64,000 bases of DNA from Octopus sinensis (lineage: Eukaryota): NCBI RefSeq assembly GCF_006345805.1, contig NC_043007.1:43710001-43774000 (forward strand), given 5' to 3'. Shown here piece by piece: positions 1 through 11,832 of this stretch (positions are counted from its first letter, which is position 1; every line of letters starts with the position of its first letter). A program made the translations under genes and the position numbers. Under the pieces are notes generated by a model that did not search any database, was not told where the DNA came from, and was given only the letters and a program-made list of their open reading frames with translations.

Positions 1-1214
1 TAGAAGAGTACAGGAGACCTATTCACTGAACAAAGCAACATAGCTCTGTGTGGAGCACCGGATGAATCTGGTGTGAGGTTGAATTCTCTAGTTTTTTATA
101 ACCATAAGCAAAAGTTTCAAGAACTTTCTCTCCAGCTATTTGATGAGAGAAACTTGCTCAAATCCTTTGAAGTTAGCCGCATCAGACATAACAAATTAGC
201 AAACGCTGATTGGTCGAACTATATTCACGGAGGCGTCAATGTCTTTTTTGATACCGCATTACATTTTATTCGCGATATGGCAAGGGTTAGCTGGAAAAAA
301 TCTTAGATCGATGGTTTAAAACTCAGCAAGAGTCTCGTTACTATATCTTGAGTCAATGGTTGTTAAGTATTTAACCGCAATCACAGTAAGCACCGTTGAG
401 GGAGTACGAAATATCAGTTATGGCAAATAGTCACTATTCTAGGTCATACATCTCCCTTACACGAAGTTGAAATGTTAATTGAACTTTGATAGCATCTATT
501 AAACACTCATACAATCACTTAGTCATCCAGTCATTCTGTCTAGCATTGTCATTCATTCTAAACTGTAAAACGGTGAATCAAGCACTCGGGTCTACTTGAG
601 ATCCCGTATATCACAAAAGCTAAGCCACTGACCTAGTCAGTCGACTTACTCAGTCCAATCTCACAAAAATGTTGAGCTCTGACTCAGTCACACATTGAAG
701 TGTAATCCTTCGTTTATACATTACTACATACAAAGGCATTGACCACGCTACTTAGTTACCTAGTTGATACTGGTCTTTTATTCTTACCAAACTGTAGTTC
801 TGTAGCTCAATTATTCGATCAAGTCTCTCTCATGTCTTACGATACTTATCCACCTAATCGATATAGTTATTGTAGAAAATCTATCGGTACATGTAATTGC
901 TCCATTGAATTATTAAGTTGAACTTATAGAATTAAAGAGCCCTAGAAATTGTTTTTGTAAACCAATCACAAGCCAAACAGAACTTTCAAACGTTTCAATA
1001 GCTGATAGCAGTAACATACTCAGTAGGTTTCTTGATACGGTGTTGTCAATATACATCGACTGGAAGGAGGTGTTTCCTGGGGGCGAAAACAGTGGTTAAT
1101 ATATTCACGTTAAAATTTGCCGGAACGTATTTAGAATGAATGTGTGCGTCATCCCTTTGGTCTTCACTGTTCATACGCATATAATAATTTTTTGTATACT
1201 TTATCTATTGTATA

Positions 1215-1632
1215 CTAGGTCTTTATTCGTCGCTTACGCTGCCTGTGAAAATATTTGTTTAATCATGCACTTAACTTTTAATATAGACTGTGAAAGTCCC
1301 CTTAGTTACTATGCTGACTACCTACCTATCTTTCACACACATTCTCTCTTAGACACGCACACACACTCTCTCTCTCTCATTCTTTCACCGTATTTCTCTC
1401 TTAACAACAACGTGTTTTTCTTGAAACAAATTTTAATTCTATCACACGCACATAGACACATACACACTTACACACACACAAACATACTCTCATTGAATTT
1501 GTCTCTCAACAACAAGAAGCTGTCATCATAGTGTAAGTCCTTTTTTAAAGTATGTGTTGCATTGTCTTTATGTAGAAACACACACAACACACACACACAC
1601 ACACACACACAACACACACACACACACACACA

Positions 1633-1673
<41 letters not shown>

Positions 1674-1838
1674 CCCCCCTCTCTTTCTCTCAAACTGTGT
1701 TGCTTTCTCAGCAACATTTTCTCCTCCCCTTCTAAAAATACATTCTGACGTATATTTTGTTTCTTCCCCTTCTTCCTTCTCTCTAATAGATGTGACGGAC
1801 AGACAGACGGAGATCCGCTTCTCATTTATAGTATAAGA
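1215..1838 (-). mobile_element. Non-autonomous Helitron (Lep1-like architecture)
   Basis: Minus strand begins A|TCTTATACTATAAA...CGTCTGTCTGTCCGTC and ends ...GCAGCGTAAGCGACGAATAAAGACCTAG|T: TC start, CTAG end, A|T target, no TSD. Internal (CA)n/(CT)n tracts. Confidence 0.7.
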
Positions 1839-1875
1839 TAAATGTATGTATATGCATGTATGTGTGTATGCATGT

Positions 1876-1922
<47 letters not shown>

Positions 1923-2029
1923 TGTGTGTGCATGCGTGTGTGTGTGTAGAACTTCAGTTTGTTTGCTTTATAATAATTGAATCGGCCACCAACACTACGA
2001 TTTAGGGATTATTTTTTGTTTCTAGATGT

Positions 2030-2170
2030 CAAGTTCAAATGTCGGCGAGATCGGCTTTACCGTTCATCCTTTCGCGGTACCTGTTGAGCACTGTGCTCGA
2101 TGTTATCAACTAATCCCCACCTTCCCACTCAATTTTAGGCTTTGTGCTTTTAATAGAAAGAATGATTATT
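2030..2170 (+). mobile_element. Degenerate SINE family A fragment
   Basis: agttcaaatgtcggcgagatcggctttaccgttcatcctttcg matches the B-box and central domain of the better copy at 35293-35524. Confidence 0.5.
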
Positions 2171-2445
2171 TCTAGATGTATATCAGATTTTTTTGTAGTA
2201 TAAATGAAATAAGTAGACAAAACAATAACTGGCGATATCAGTAAATTGATATTTATTCCGGTTTGTTTCCGTGTCTACTAAGTTTACTCCCAAAACGAGA
2301 CAGTAAACTAATAACTGAAAGTGAAAGTAGGCAGGGGGAAGTATAAGGTAATCAATATGAGTGTATATTTGTGTGTGCGTATGTGTGTATGTTTGTGTAT
2401 ATGTAAGACAAAGAAAGTGAGAAAGCTAATGTGTTTGTGTATGTA

Positions 2446-2577
<132 letters not shown>

Positions 2578-2955
2578 TAAGACAGAAGTGAGGTAGATAG
2601 GGTTCACGTAAGAGGGTAGAAGCATCAGTTAAAGTGTGCCTATATGTGTGTCTACGTGTGTGTATATATATGTGTGTGTGTGTGTGTGTATGTGTGTGTG
2701 TTTGTGGACTACGTACTTACATAGAGAAAGGTGGGGAGTGATAGCAAGCAGAAGAAGATAAAGATCGTGACGCAAGAAAGACTGAATGAAAGAGAAAGAG
2801 GGAGGGAAAGAGGGTGGAAGGAGGAGAAAGTAAAACAGAGAAAGAAAGAGTGAAGAAGATAGAAAGAATTATTCAAGAAAGAAGGTAAAAAGAAGAGAGT
2901 GAAACAGAGAAGGAAAGAGTGAAGGAGAGACAATGAGAGAGAGAGAGAGAGAGAG

Positions 2956-2989
<34 letters not shown>

Positions 2990-3559
2990 GAAGGAAGTGG
3001 GATAAACTATGTAAATCTGAAAGGAGGTTCTTTAGGGTCCAATGTTGAATTGAACTTTCATTGTGGACGTGACATAAAGATGGAGTGCTACCCAGTGTTT
3101 CTGACCAGAGAGTCAAAGTGATCGCCTGCTGAGCAAGAAAAAGGTCAAACTATTGAAACGATTGAATAATAAAAAATAGGAACACACACACACACACAAC
3201 ACACACACACACGTGAGTCGTCTAAGAGACGATTAATTCAGGGAAAAGATGCACTCATATATCTGTCAGTAGAGTGGGTATATTATCCGAAATGTATAGC
3301 ATTAAATATTCATCACGGCTGTGTGAAAGGATATGTGAAAGCTAGTTGAAGGGAATTTATTTTGTTGAATCAATTGGTTCGTAGGTAGTATTTTGATGAA
3401 CCTGTTGGTTCGAGGGGAGGTTTGTTGAATCTCTTGGTTCTGAGCAAGCTCTTTCAACGTGGCAATGAGTGCTTTTGACAGTGCAGCCATATACGACTTA
3501 GTCTATGTTTTCATCCTAGATATACTATAAAGGAAATTCGCTTCAACTAGCTTTGGCAT

Positions 3560-4250
3560 CTACAGAGATGGCGCGCTGGCAATATCAAGAGGGGCTAACG
3601 GCCACGAGCTAGATAGGTAAAATTATACACTGAAGGGAGAAGTAAATTAAAACACTTTAATCTCGAAACGCGTCTGTGGATAATCGGAGTCGTGCTGATT
3701 CATTGTTTTTCTCTTTGCCTACATAAAAAGTGTATTACTGTTGTGGAGATTCTTACAGTAGTAGAAGAGGATTTTTTAATCCCTATTTCTAAATTCGGTA
3801 TGTGGTGAAGCGATTACCTGTCCCCTAATTATAATTATGTTTATAATGATAGAATATTTGTATAATTTTACCTATAAAGGTTATTTTAAAGTACCGATCT
3901 ACTTGGTAAAATTATTAATTAATTGATTGATTAATTAATTAATCAAATAAATTTATTTTACCCTTTATAATTTATATAATTATAATTTACTCCATGATAG
4001 AATACTGCAGTTTTCTGCGGTACTGCTCGTAACATCACTGCTAGGTTTCACTGCGCATGCAACTGTGCTGCCACCTGTTGGCGCACTACAGAACTAATCC
4101 AGGAACTTTTTGATATCGCCTCCTATATACCTTAGGTCCTGGTAAGGTACAAAGATAGGATGTTTCCAATGCAGAATTCAACCCTTTTTCTGTACTATCA
4201 ATACTGTCGGATTCCAGACTAATAACGAAATTCTTCAAGTGTAGAAAATC
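3560..4250 (+). mobile_element. Probable PLE terminal-repeat (pLTR) remnant
   Basis: Contains an HHR motif (3626-3678). Segment 3905-4010 is related to 21020-21118 (ttataatttactccatgatagaatactgc shared). Confidence 0.45.
3626..3678 (+). ncRNA. Minimal type I hammerhead ribozyme motif
   Basis: UACA-CUGAAGG-GAGA[20 nt]UCUC-GAAA-CGCG-UC/UGUG. Stem I, near-canonical core (A9 is G), stem II, palindromic stem III ACGCGU, GUC cleavage triplet. Confidence 0.6.
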
Positions 4251-4387
4251 CCGGTTTCACGACGGTAAAACCGTTTTGTGGGTTACCGAAGAGTAAAATA
4301 GAATCCAAATACTAAGACAAATAAGACATTAAAGATGTGTGAAAATATTTCTTTGTCTTATTATTTAGATTATATATATTGTGTGTG

Positions 4388-4434
<47 letters not shown>

Positions 4435-4466
4435 TGTGTGTGTGTGTGTGTGTCTATGTGTGTGTG

Positions 4467-4505
<39 letters not shown>

Positions 4506-4529
4506 TGTGTGTATGTTTTTATTTGCTCC

Positions 4530-4715
4530 CAGCACCATTTGACAAACGCTGTTAGTTTGTTTCCTTCCATGTGACTTAGCGGTTCGGTAAAAAATACGAC
4601 AGGATAAGTACTATAATAAAACGTAAGTACTGGAGTTGATTGGTTCTACTAAGCACTTTAATGTAGTTCTCGAGCATGGCTGTAGTCCAATGACTGAAAT
4701 AAGTAACGGATGAAA
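4530..4715 (+). mobile_element. SINE family B, 3' half (degenerate)
   Basis: gtgacttagcggttcggtaaaa...gagcatggctgtagtccaatgactgaaataagta matches the 3' half of 53386-53836. Confidence 0.55.
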
Positions 4716-5252
4716 TAAATCAGAAACGTACAGATTATATGTCGCATTCACTACGAATTTTTCTCTAGACTAGGTGTTTAATGAGTCATGAATCAAAAGC
4801 GGAAACATCCACTGACCTGTTGAATCATTGCGAACAAGGATAAATTGAAATCCATACATTTAATATAAACAAAAATGATCGGCTTTGTGACAACCAGCCA
4901 TTAATTCACCTTGTTTCAATAATGAGAAAACGCTTCTCTATTGCGTGAAAGTGTACAATAGCGTCAGAACATTACTGCCTTTTTAACCTGCAGCCTTATT
5001 TATCGTTCGTGATTGTTAATGCCATACGATTGTTATCAATTAAGATATAATTACATTAGGCCGTCTTTTTCAATTTATTTCAGATATGTGAACGAGAGCA
5101 ATAACAACATTCAATTCAGCTTCTTTTATTCTTTTACCCAAGGGTGTTTATATGTAAATGATATTGTTATTATTCAGTTTCCAGGGGTAATATAGCTGCC
5201 TGCGATTCAACATAATGATAAGGTAATAGGATGCCTATGTGTGTGTGTGTGT

Positions 5253-5305
<53 letters not shown>

Positions 5306-5322
5306 ATAAACGTATACATACA

Positions 5323-5357
<35 letters not shown>

Positions 5358-5394
5358 TTATACACAAACACACACACGCACATATATAAACGTG

Positions 5395-5436
<42 letters not shown>

Positions 5437-5577
5437 AAACATGTTCGCGCGTACGCATACACACACACAAACACACACGCACATATTTACCTTTATCTTT
5501 CACTTATCAGTTGACAGTGGCCATGCTGGAGCACCGCTTTACATAAACATATATATATATATATATAAATACACACA

Positions 5578-5609
<32 letters not shown>

Positions 5610-5629
5610 ACACACACACATATAATATA

Positions 5630-6516
5630 TATGAGGTGGTATCAAATAGTCCCCGGACCAGTTTTGTAGCGCGCTAACAAATGGCAACAAGCGGTTGCAT
5701 GCACAGTGTGAAGTTTGTGTTTTTGTTATCACGTGTATGCTGTACTCAGCGATTTTTTTCATGGACAGGAAATTGGAACAAAAAGACAACGCGAAGTTTT
5801 GCGTTAAAATTGGGAAGTCTGCTGCAAAGACTTTGCGCATGCCTCATCAAACTTACGGCGGCGAAGCAATGGGTCGTACACAATGTTTCTAGTGGCACGC
5901 GTGCACGACAGAGGCGGGAGTTCAGTCAAGAGCATGCTTATTGTTGTTTACGACAGCCGCAGTATTGTACATCGAGAATTCGTCCTCCAGGACCAGACCG
6001 TCAATCAAGAGTGCTACTGTGATGTTTTGAAGTTTTTGAGGGAGAATATTCGGCAAAAGCGATTGGATATATGGAGTGCGAATAACTGGATTCCCTACGA
6101 CAACAATACACCCTGTCACCAAGCTCTCCTCACTCGTGAGTTACTCACCAAATACAACATGGTATTTCCTATTCTCCAGATTCAGCACCTGCGAACTTCC
6201 ATTTCTTCCTCATGATGAAAATGCAGCTCAAATGTCGCCGTTTTAACATCGTGGTCGAGACCCAGAAGGAATTGCATAAAGTCCTCGACTCGCTAACGAA
6301 AAACGACTTCCAGACCGGATTCCAAAAGCAAAGTGATTATTTCAAAGGAGATGGTGTTAAAACTTTACGTTTATTTTTTCACTTGTTTCAGTCATTTGAC
6401 TGTGGCCATGCTGGAGCACCGCCTTACATAAACGTATATATATATATACATACACACACATTTTATTTTTTTTATTAAACATAACTAGTCCTGGAATGTT
6501 TTGATACCGCCTCGTA
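5630..6516 (+). mobile_element. Mariner transposon, internally deleted (irritans-like)
   Basis: TIRs tatgaggtggtatcaaatagtccccggac / gtcctggaatgttttgataccgcctcgta with TA ends. Peptides MDRKLEQKDNAKFCVKIGKSAAKTL and KSMLIVVYDSRSIVHREFVLQDQTVNQECYCDVL. Confidence 0.9.
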
Positions 6517-6543
6517 ATCTGATGTGTATATATATAAAAATCT

Positions 6544-6724
6544 ATGTATGCTGGACCGCTGAAATCTATAAGTTTTTTTCATTCTCTCAGTGTTCATTTT
6601 CTTCATTCCTTTCTGTTGAAGAGCGTAGGCTCGAAACGTAAAAGACTTTTTCATTTTCCCGAGCGTCAAATACGCTTGCTTGTTGTTCATACACCTGTCT
6701 TCCCCTTTTGTTTTTCCATAAATT
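6544..6724 (+). mobile_element. Solo PLE pLTR fragment ending in (TA)n
   Basis: Homologous to the 3' end (9555-9690) of the PLE below, and includes the same HHR motif. Confidence 0.65.
6609..6645 (+). ncRNA. Minimal hammerhead motif, CUGUUGA core variant
   Basis: CUUU-CUGUUGA-A-GAGC(GUAG)GCUC-GAAA-CGU-A/AAAG. Palindromic ACGU stem III, GUA triplet. Confidence 0.6.
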
Positions 6725-6732
6725 TATATATA

Positions 6733-6763
<31 letters not shown>

Positions 6764-6764
6764 C

Positions 6765-6797
<33 letters not shown>

Positions 6798-6927
6798 CGT
6801 ATATATGTATGTGTGTGTGTATGTGTGTGTGTATACATACATACTCACACACATACATACATACAGACAGACAGACAGATATACACGTACATACATATGT
6901 ATACGATTATATACACACAATAGCATG

Positions 6928-6960
<33 letters not shown>

Positions 6961-6972
6961 TACTATATATAT

Positions 6973-7016
<44 letters not shown>

Positions 7017-7018
<2 letters not shown>

Positions 7019-7190
7019 CGCAGGAGTGGCTGTGTGGCAAGTAGCTTGCTTACGAACCACATGGTTCCGGGTTCAGTCCCACTGCGTGGCATCTTGGGCA
7101 AGTGTCTTCTGCTATAGCCCCGGGCCGACCAATGCCTTGTGAGTGGATTTGGTAGACGGAAACGGAAAGAAGCCTGTCGTATATATGTAT
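7017..7190 (+). mobile_element. SINE family B, tRNA-derived 5' half
   Basis: A-box-like ggctgtgtggcaag, B-box-like ggttcagtccc, CORE-like cttgggcaagtgtctt, followed by (TA)/(CA) tracts. Confidence 0.8.
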
Positions 7191-7220
7191 ACACACACAC
7201 ACACACAACACACACACACA

Positions 7221-7276
<56 letters not shown>

Positions 7277-7590
7277 TATATATATATAATATATATATAT
7301 ATACAAATAAAATGAAGAACAACTGATACGCGTCATTTCATTATAGCTGTTTCCAACGGATTTCATTAACAGAACGTATCCATCGTTTATTATTTATTTA
7401 ATATCTTCATAATACACCACACTGGAATCCCAACCCGTCAGATATTCTGGAGTATACCAAATGCTGTACGACCAATTCAACGTACACCTTTGAATTGGCC
7501 CTTAAGCTATTGAAATACTCATAAGGTTTAAATTCTCTGTATACATAACCTGACCATTTCCCTGAATGCACTTCGATATATATATATATA

Positions 7591-9048
7591 TTCGTTGGCT
7601 ATGTTGAGGCCCAAATATTCTCTAATTTCACTGGTCCCACTCCTGAACTATATGGTCGTTATATTGACGACATTATCGGTGCCACCTCACTCTCCCGCGA
7701 ACATCTAGATTCCTTCCTCTCTTTCGTCCAATCTTTCCATCCAGCCCTCCACTTCACTTCCACTATCTCCAACACCTCTGTCTCCTTCCTCGACATTTCG
7801 GTTAGCATTCTTTACTCCACTCTTACCACCTCCATTCACTACAAACACACAGACTCACACTCATACCTCAACTTCTCTTCCTCCCACCCAGAACACACCA
7901 AGCTTTCCATCCCCTATTCCCAATTCCTCCGTCTACGTAGGCTCTGTAGTGACGACCATGACTTTGAGACTCAGTCTCAACGTATGGCTCACCACTTCAC
8001 CCTACGTGGATACCCCCTCACCACTATCCACACCGCCCTTGCCAGAGCACGGTCCGTGGACCGTGTATCTGCTCTCTCTCCCCGAACCCGCCCTGTAGTC
8101 TCCCGCCTCCCTTTTCCCCTCACTTACCACCCCACGACCCTACGTCTCCAACGCACCATTCTTCGAGCTTTCCGTCATCTCCAGTCCGACCCGTCCACTT
8201 CACACCTCTTCCCTAACCGACCCCTCCCCTCTTTCAAACGAGCCCACAACCTTCGAGACCTTTTGGTCCATAGCTCCTTCCCTGACCCTACCTCCCAACC
8301 CGGCTCGTTCCCCTGCTCCCGCCCACGTTGCCGCACTTGCCCTTACCTCTCCAACACCACCCGCCTCACTAGCACCCACCATCGACCCTATCCCATCATC
8401 CACTCCTTCACCTGCACCTCCAGCAATATTATCTATTGCATCTCTTGCTCTCTCTGCAATTCCTTGTACATCGGACAAACGGGACGCCGCTTGGCTGACC
8501 GGTTCGCGGAACACCTTCGTGACATCCACCTTGCGAACGACACACCGGTCTCACGCCATTTCCGCTCCACCGGTCACTCCTTGCAACACCTATCTGTGTT
8601 CGGTTTGTCCTTACACAGAGGCCATCCGGATTCCCGTTTGCGCCGTGAACAGGAATTAATCTTCTCTCTTCGCTCTTATACGCCATTTGGTCTCAACTCT
8701 CCCCCCTCCTCATCTAACCCCCCCTCTCCCCCCTCCTCACCTATCCTTTCTCCCCCCGACCCTTCTTCTTCAGTCCTTCATCCTTTCACCCCTACTCCCC
8801 TTCCCTTCTTCCCTCTTTCTCCCTCCCTCTTCCCCTTCCCTCTGCTCCCTCACTCCCTCTCTCCCCCTCTCCCTCTTTCCTCCTCCATCCCCCTCCTCCC
8901 CTTCCTTCTCCCCATCCTCTCCTCTTCCCCATTCTCCCCCCCTCTTCTTCCTCTCCCCTTCTCTCCCCCCTCTTCTCCCCCTCCCCCTCTTCTCCTCACT
9001 ACACCACATGACTTTACACATCACATCACATATGATGTGCCATACTAA
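7591..9048 (+). CDS. PLE polyprotein, partial (RT C-half plus GIY-YIG endonuclease), no start codon
   Basis: Hand translation shows the frame open from 7591 into the listed ORF at 7984: LYGRYIDDIIG, FLDIS, YSQFLRLRRLCS, CSRPRCRTC, CSLCNSLYIGQTGRRLADRFAEH. The last ~115 codons are low-complexity pyrimidine read-through. Confidence 0.9.
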   Translation, partial: FVGYVEAQIFSNFTGPTPELYGRYIDDIIGATSLSREHLDSFLSFVQSFHPALHFTSTISNTSVSFLDISVSILYSTLTTSIHYKHTDSHSYLNFSSSHPEHTKLSIPYSQFLRLRRLCSDDHDFETQSQRMAHHFTLRGYPLTTIHTALARARSVDRVSALSPRTRPVVSRLPFPLTYHPTTLRLQRTILRAFRHLQSDPSTSHLFPNRPLPSFKRAHNLRDLLVHSSFPDPTSQPGSFPCSRPRCRTCPYLSNTTRLTSTHHRPYPIIHSFTCTSSNIIYCISCSLCNSLYIGQTGRRLADRFAEHLRDIHLANDTPVSRHFRSTGHSLQHLSVFGLSLHRGHPDSRLRREQELIFSLRSYTPFGLNSPPSSSNPPSPPSSPILSPPDPSSSVLHPFTPTPLPFFPLSPSLFPFPLLPHSLSPPLPLSSSIPLLPFLLPILSSSPFSPPLLPLPFSPPSSPPPPLLLTTPHDFTHHITYDVPY

Positions 9049-9094
9049 TACACACACCAACTAATACATACTAATACGTACTAATACATACTAG

Positions 9095-9276
9095 TACATA
9101 CTAATACTTACACCAACCCTATACATACACACGTCCAGACCCCGCATACGCACTTATACTCTCTCACACACACACACACACATACCTATACATACCAATA
9201 CGTACTAATACATACTAATACATACACCAACCCCATACATACGCACGTCCAGACCAATCTTACGCACTGATACTCT

Positions 9277-9321
<45 letters not shown>

Positions 9322-9385
9322 ATACATACTAATACATACACCAACCCTATACATACACACATCCAGACCCCTCCCACGCACTTTT
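9095..9385. repeat. Three diverged ~110-120 bp tandem units with variable (CA)n
   Basis: Repeated acaccaaccc(t/c)atacatac(a/g)cac(g/a)tccagacc at about 9110, 9225 and 9339. Confidence 0.8.
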
Positions 9386-9553
9386 AGCTGGTCCCTCAAC
9401 CCTTTTATCAACCCTATTATCTCCCCTTATTTCGCTCTCGCGTCTCATGTTTGATCTTTGACCTCTGGCCGAAATCAGATCGCCATGTTGATTCGTTAGC
9501 TACTGCACGCATTTTTTTCTCTCCTTCTTTCTGTGTTTTTCTCTCTCTGTGTA

Positions 9554-9591
9554 TCTTTCTGTTGAAGAGCGTAGGCTCAAAACGTTAAAGA
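9554..9591 (+). ncRNA. Hammerhead motif in PLE pLTR, CUGUUGA variant, G12 mutated
   Basis: UCUUU-CUGUUGA-A-GAGC(GUAG)GCUC-AAAA-CGU-U/AAAGA. Confidence 0.5.
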
Positions 9592-9699
9592 CTTGTTTTA
9601 TTTATATTTCCTGAGCGCCATACTAATACAATTGTTCGTTTGTTTTCCACCTGCCTTCGTCTTTTGTTTATTTTCATAAAGCTTCCCGTTATATATATA

Positions 9700-9750
<51 letters not shown>

Positions 9751-10394
9751 ATATCCGTATGTATGTATGTAGATTGTGTGTGTGTGAGTGTGTGTGTGTG
9801 TGTGTGGTGTGTGTGTGTGTGTGTATGTGTGAGTGTGTGTGTGTGTGTACACAATTATATCCATACATATACATTGTAGCTATCGCGACTTTGCAACGAA
9901 AAGTAGTTTATAGCAGTGCGACAAAATAATAACTAAACAGAAGAAAACAAAAAGAAAAGTGAAAAAGAAAGAAAAAAATTTGAAATATTAAGAAAATGCC
10001 AGAATAGTTTAAGAGACATTAAGTTTTCTGTGAACGCGAGACTACAATAGAAAACTCGCTGTGATGCCAGACTCCAACTACGTAGCTAAGTCAACAGATT
10101 ACAACACAGCCATTTTTGCAGCTATGCCGTAGCATATTTTCAATGTTTGACAGCGGGAAGAGTCAAATGTTCATAAAGCAGACAATCAGTGATTATTAGT
10201 GATTAGTGATTCCAAGTAGAGCCGGATGACTTAATTCTGTCTTCTTCAGCAAACTGTCACTCATGAATTTAACTAATCAGCTCAAGAAAGACTTAAATTT
10301 CTTAATATAATAGTCACCACCTGAAAGAAATTACATTGACATTATGAATGATTACACACAATAGACATGTCAGCAGATAGAAAATAATGAATTA

Positions 10395-11657
10395 TCAGGC
10401 TGAGTAAAAAGTAAGCAACGTTATGAAACATGAAATTTATCATGATATAATTCAACAAAGCGGAAATTTTATTCATCAAAATAACTACCATTTCAATCAA
10501 CACATTTTTGCCGACGAGTTACAAATTTGTTTCTTCCGGTAACATAAAAATCTGGAGATCTGGAGCTGATGAACTCTTTGAACGCGCTTTCAGCATCGCT
10601 TTGATTTTTGAACTCCTTCTCTCACAGGAAACCCTCAAGGTGCTTGAAAAAGTGGTAGTCGGTAGGAAAAATGTCTGGGGAATAAGCTGGGTGGGGAAGA
10701 ACTTCATAGCCAAGTTCCTTCAACTTCTGGAGCGTCATACATAAAACGTGTGGTCGAGCATTGTCATGAATTGGCCCTCTTCTGTTGTCCAATCTGGGAC
10801 AGAGGAGTAGCAGTTTTTCGTTCATTTTGGCAATTTCACGGCCATATGTTTCTACAGTAATAGTTCTATCGGGTTTTAAGAAGTTATAGTAGATGAGTCC
10901 AGCAGTACACCACCAGACAGTCACCATAACCTACTTTTTGAAGAGCTCGGGTTTAGGGAAGGCTTTCGGTGCTTTCAGTTGGTCAAACCACTGCGAAGAA
11001 CATTTTTTTTTGTTGTTATTGTACAGAATCCACTTTTCCTCACAAGTTACCATACGGTCTGGTTACGGAAAAGAAGCGACGAGCAAATTTCATATCTGCG
11101 CATTTTCTGATTTTCCTTCAAATCGTGTGGTACTCATTTGTCGAGCATTTTTGATTTTCCGATCGCATGCAAATGGTTGCAGGCAGTTTTCTGGCTAACT
11201 TGAAGTTCCTTTGCCAGTTCTCGGGTGGTTTTACGTGAATCTTTCTCAATGACAGTCTTTAATTGATCGTCATCGATGACAGATGGGCGTCCACCACGCT
11301 CACGATCTCCAAGGCTCACGTATCCTCAGCGAAATCGTTTAAACCATTTTCGAGCTGACCACTCACTGATCATTTCCTCACCAAATGTTTCGTTGATATC
11401 GCAAGTAGTTTCAGCTGCCTTTTTTGAAGATGAATAGCAAAATTGATCGAATATCGTGCATTGACTGTTCTATTTCAGTTGATTGTAACAACGCTAAAAA
11501 AAAGTATCGATGTTAATTTATTGATGCATTTGGGCAAGTCTATGTCTGTATTATCAGACAATTTCAAAAAAAAATGTTTAAAAAATTCAAAACCCTGCAA
11601 AAATCCGGTACAAATTCTTCATGGGTTAAAACATTGCTTACTTTTTACTCAATCTGA
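10395..11657 (-). mobile_element. Full-length degraded mariner (~1.26 kb)
   Basis: TIRs tcaggctgagtaaaaagtaagcaacgtt / aacattgcttactttttactcaatctga. Motifs SLGDRERGGRP, HDNARPH, LPHPAYSPDIFPTDYHFFKHL, split across frames. Confidence 0.92.
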
Positions 11658-11753
11658 CCGATCGATCGATAGATAGATCCATCCATCCATCCACACACAC
11701 ATATATGTAGGCATTATATATATATATATACACAGTTATACATACTCATATAT

Positions 11754-11790
<37 letters not shown>

Positions 11791-11832
11791 CATACACACA
11801 CACATATATATATATGTGTGTGTGTGGGTGTG

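Larger units (their letters stand above)
7591..9690 (+). mobile_element. Penelope-like retroelement (Neptune-like), 5'-truncated, between (TA)n arrays
   Basis: RT, Cys-linker and GIY-YIG ORF followed by a pLTR with an HHR. (TA)n at 7576-7590 and from 9691. Confidence 0.92.

Noticed and set aside
73-306. 77-aa ORF (SNYIHGGVNVFFD...SWKK) with a faint piggyBac-like or LINE-linker-like look
   Set aside because: Two incompatible weak resemblances and no diagnostic motif. It needs an HMM search.
7330-7575. About 50 stop-free codons on the minus strand upstream of the PLE
   Set aside because: Only a vague resemblance to the LINE LY..LVRPHLEY region, which is insufficient.
8200-8686. Minus-strand ORFs of 109 and 85 aa
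   Set aside because: Antisense shadows of the PLE ORF.
9095-9385. Repeat-spacer pattern reminiscent of CRISPR
   Set aside because: Units are diverged, the spacers are (CA)n, the context is eukaryotic and there are no cas genes.
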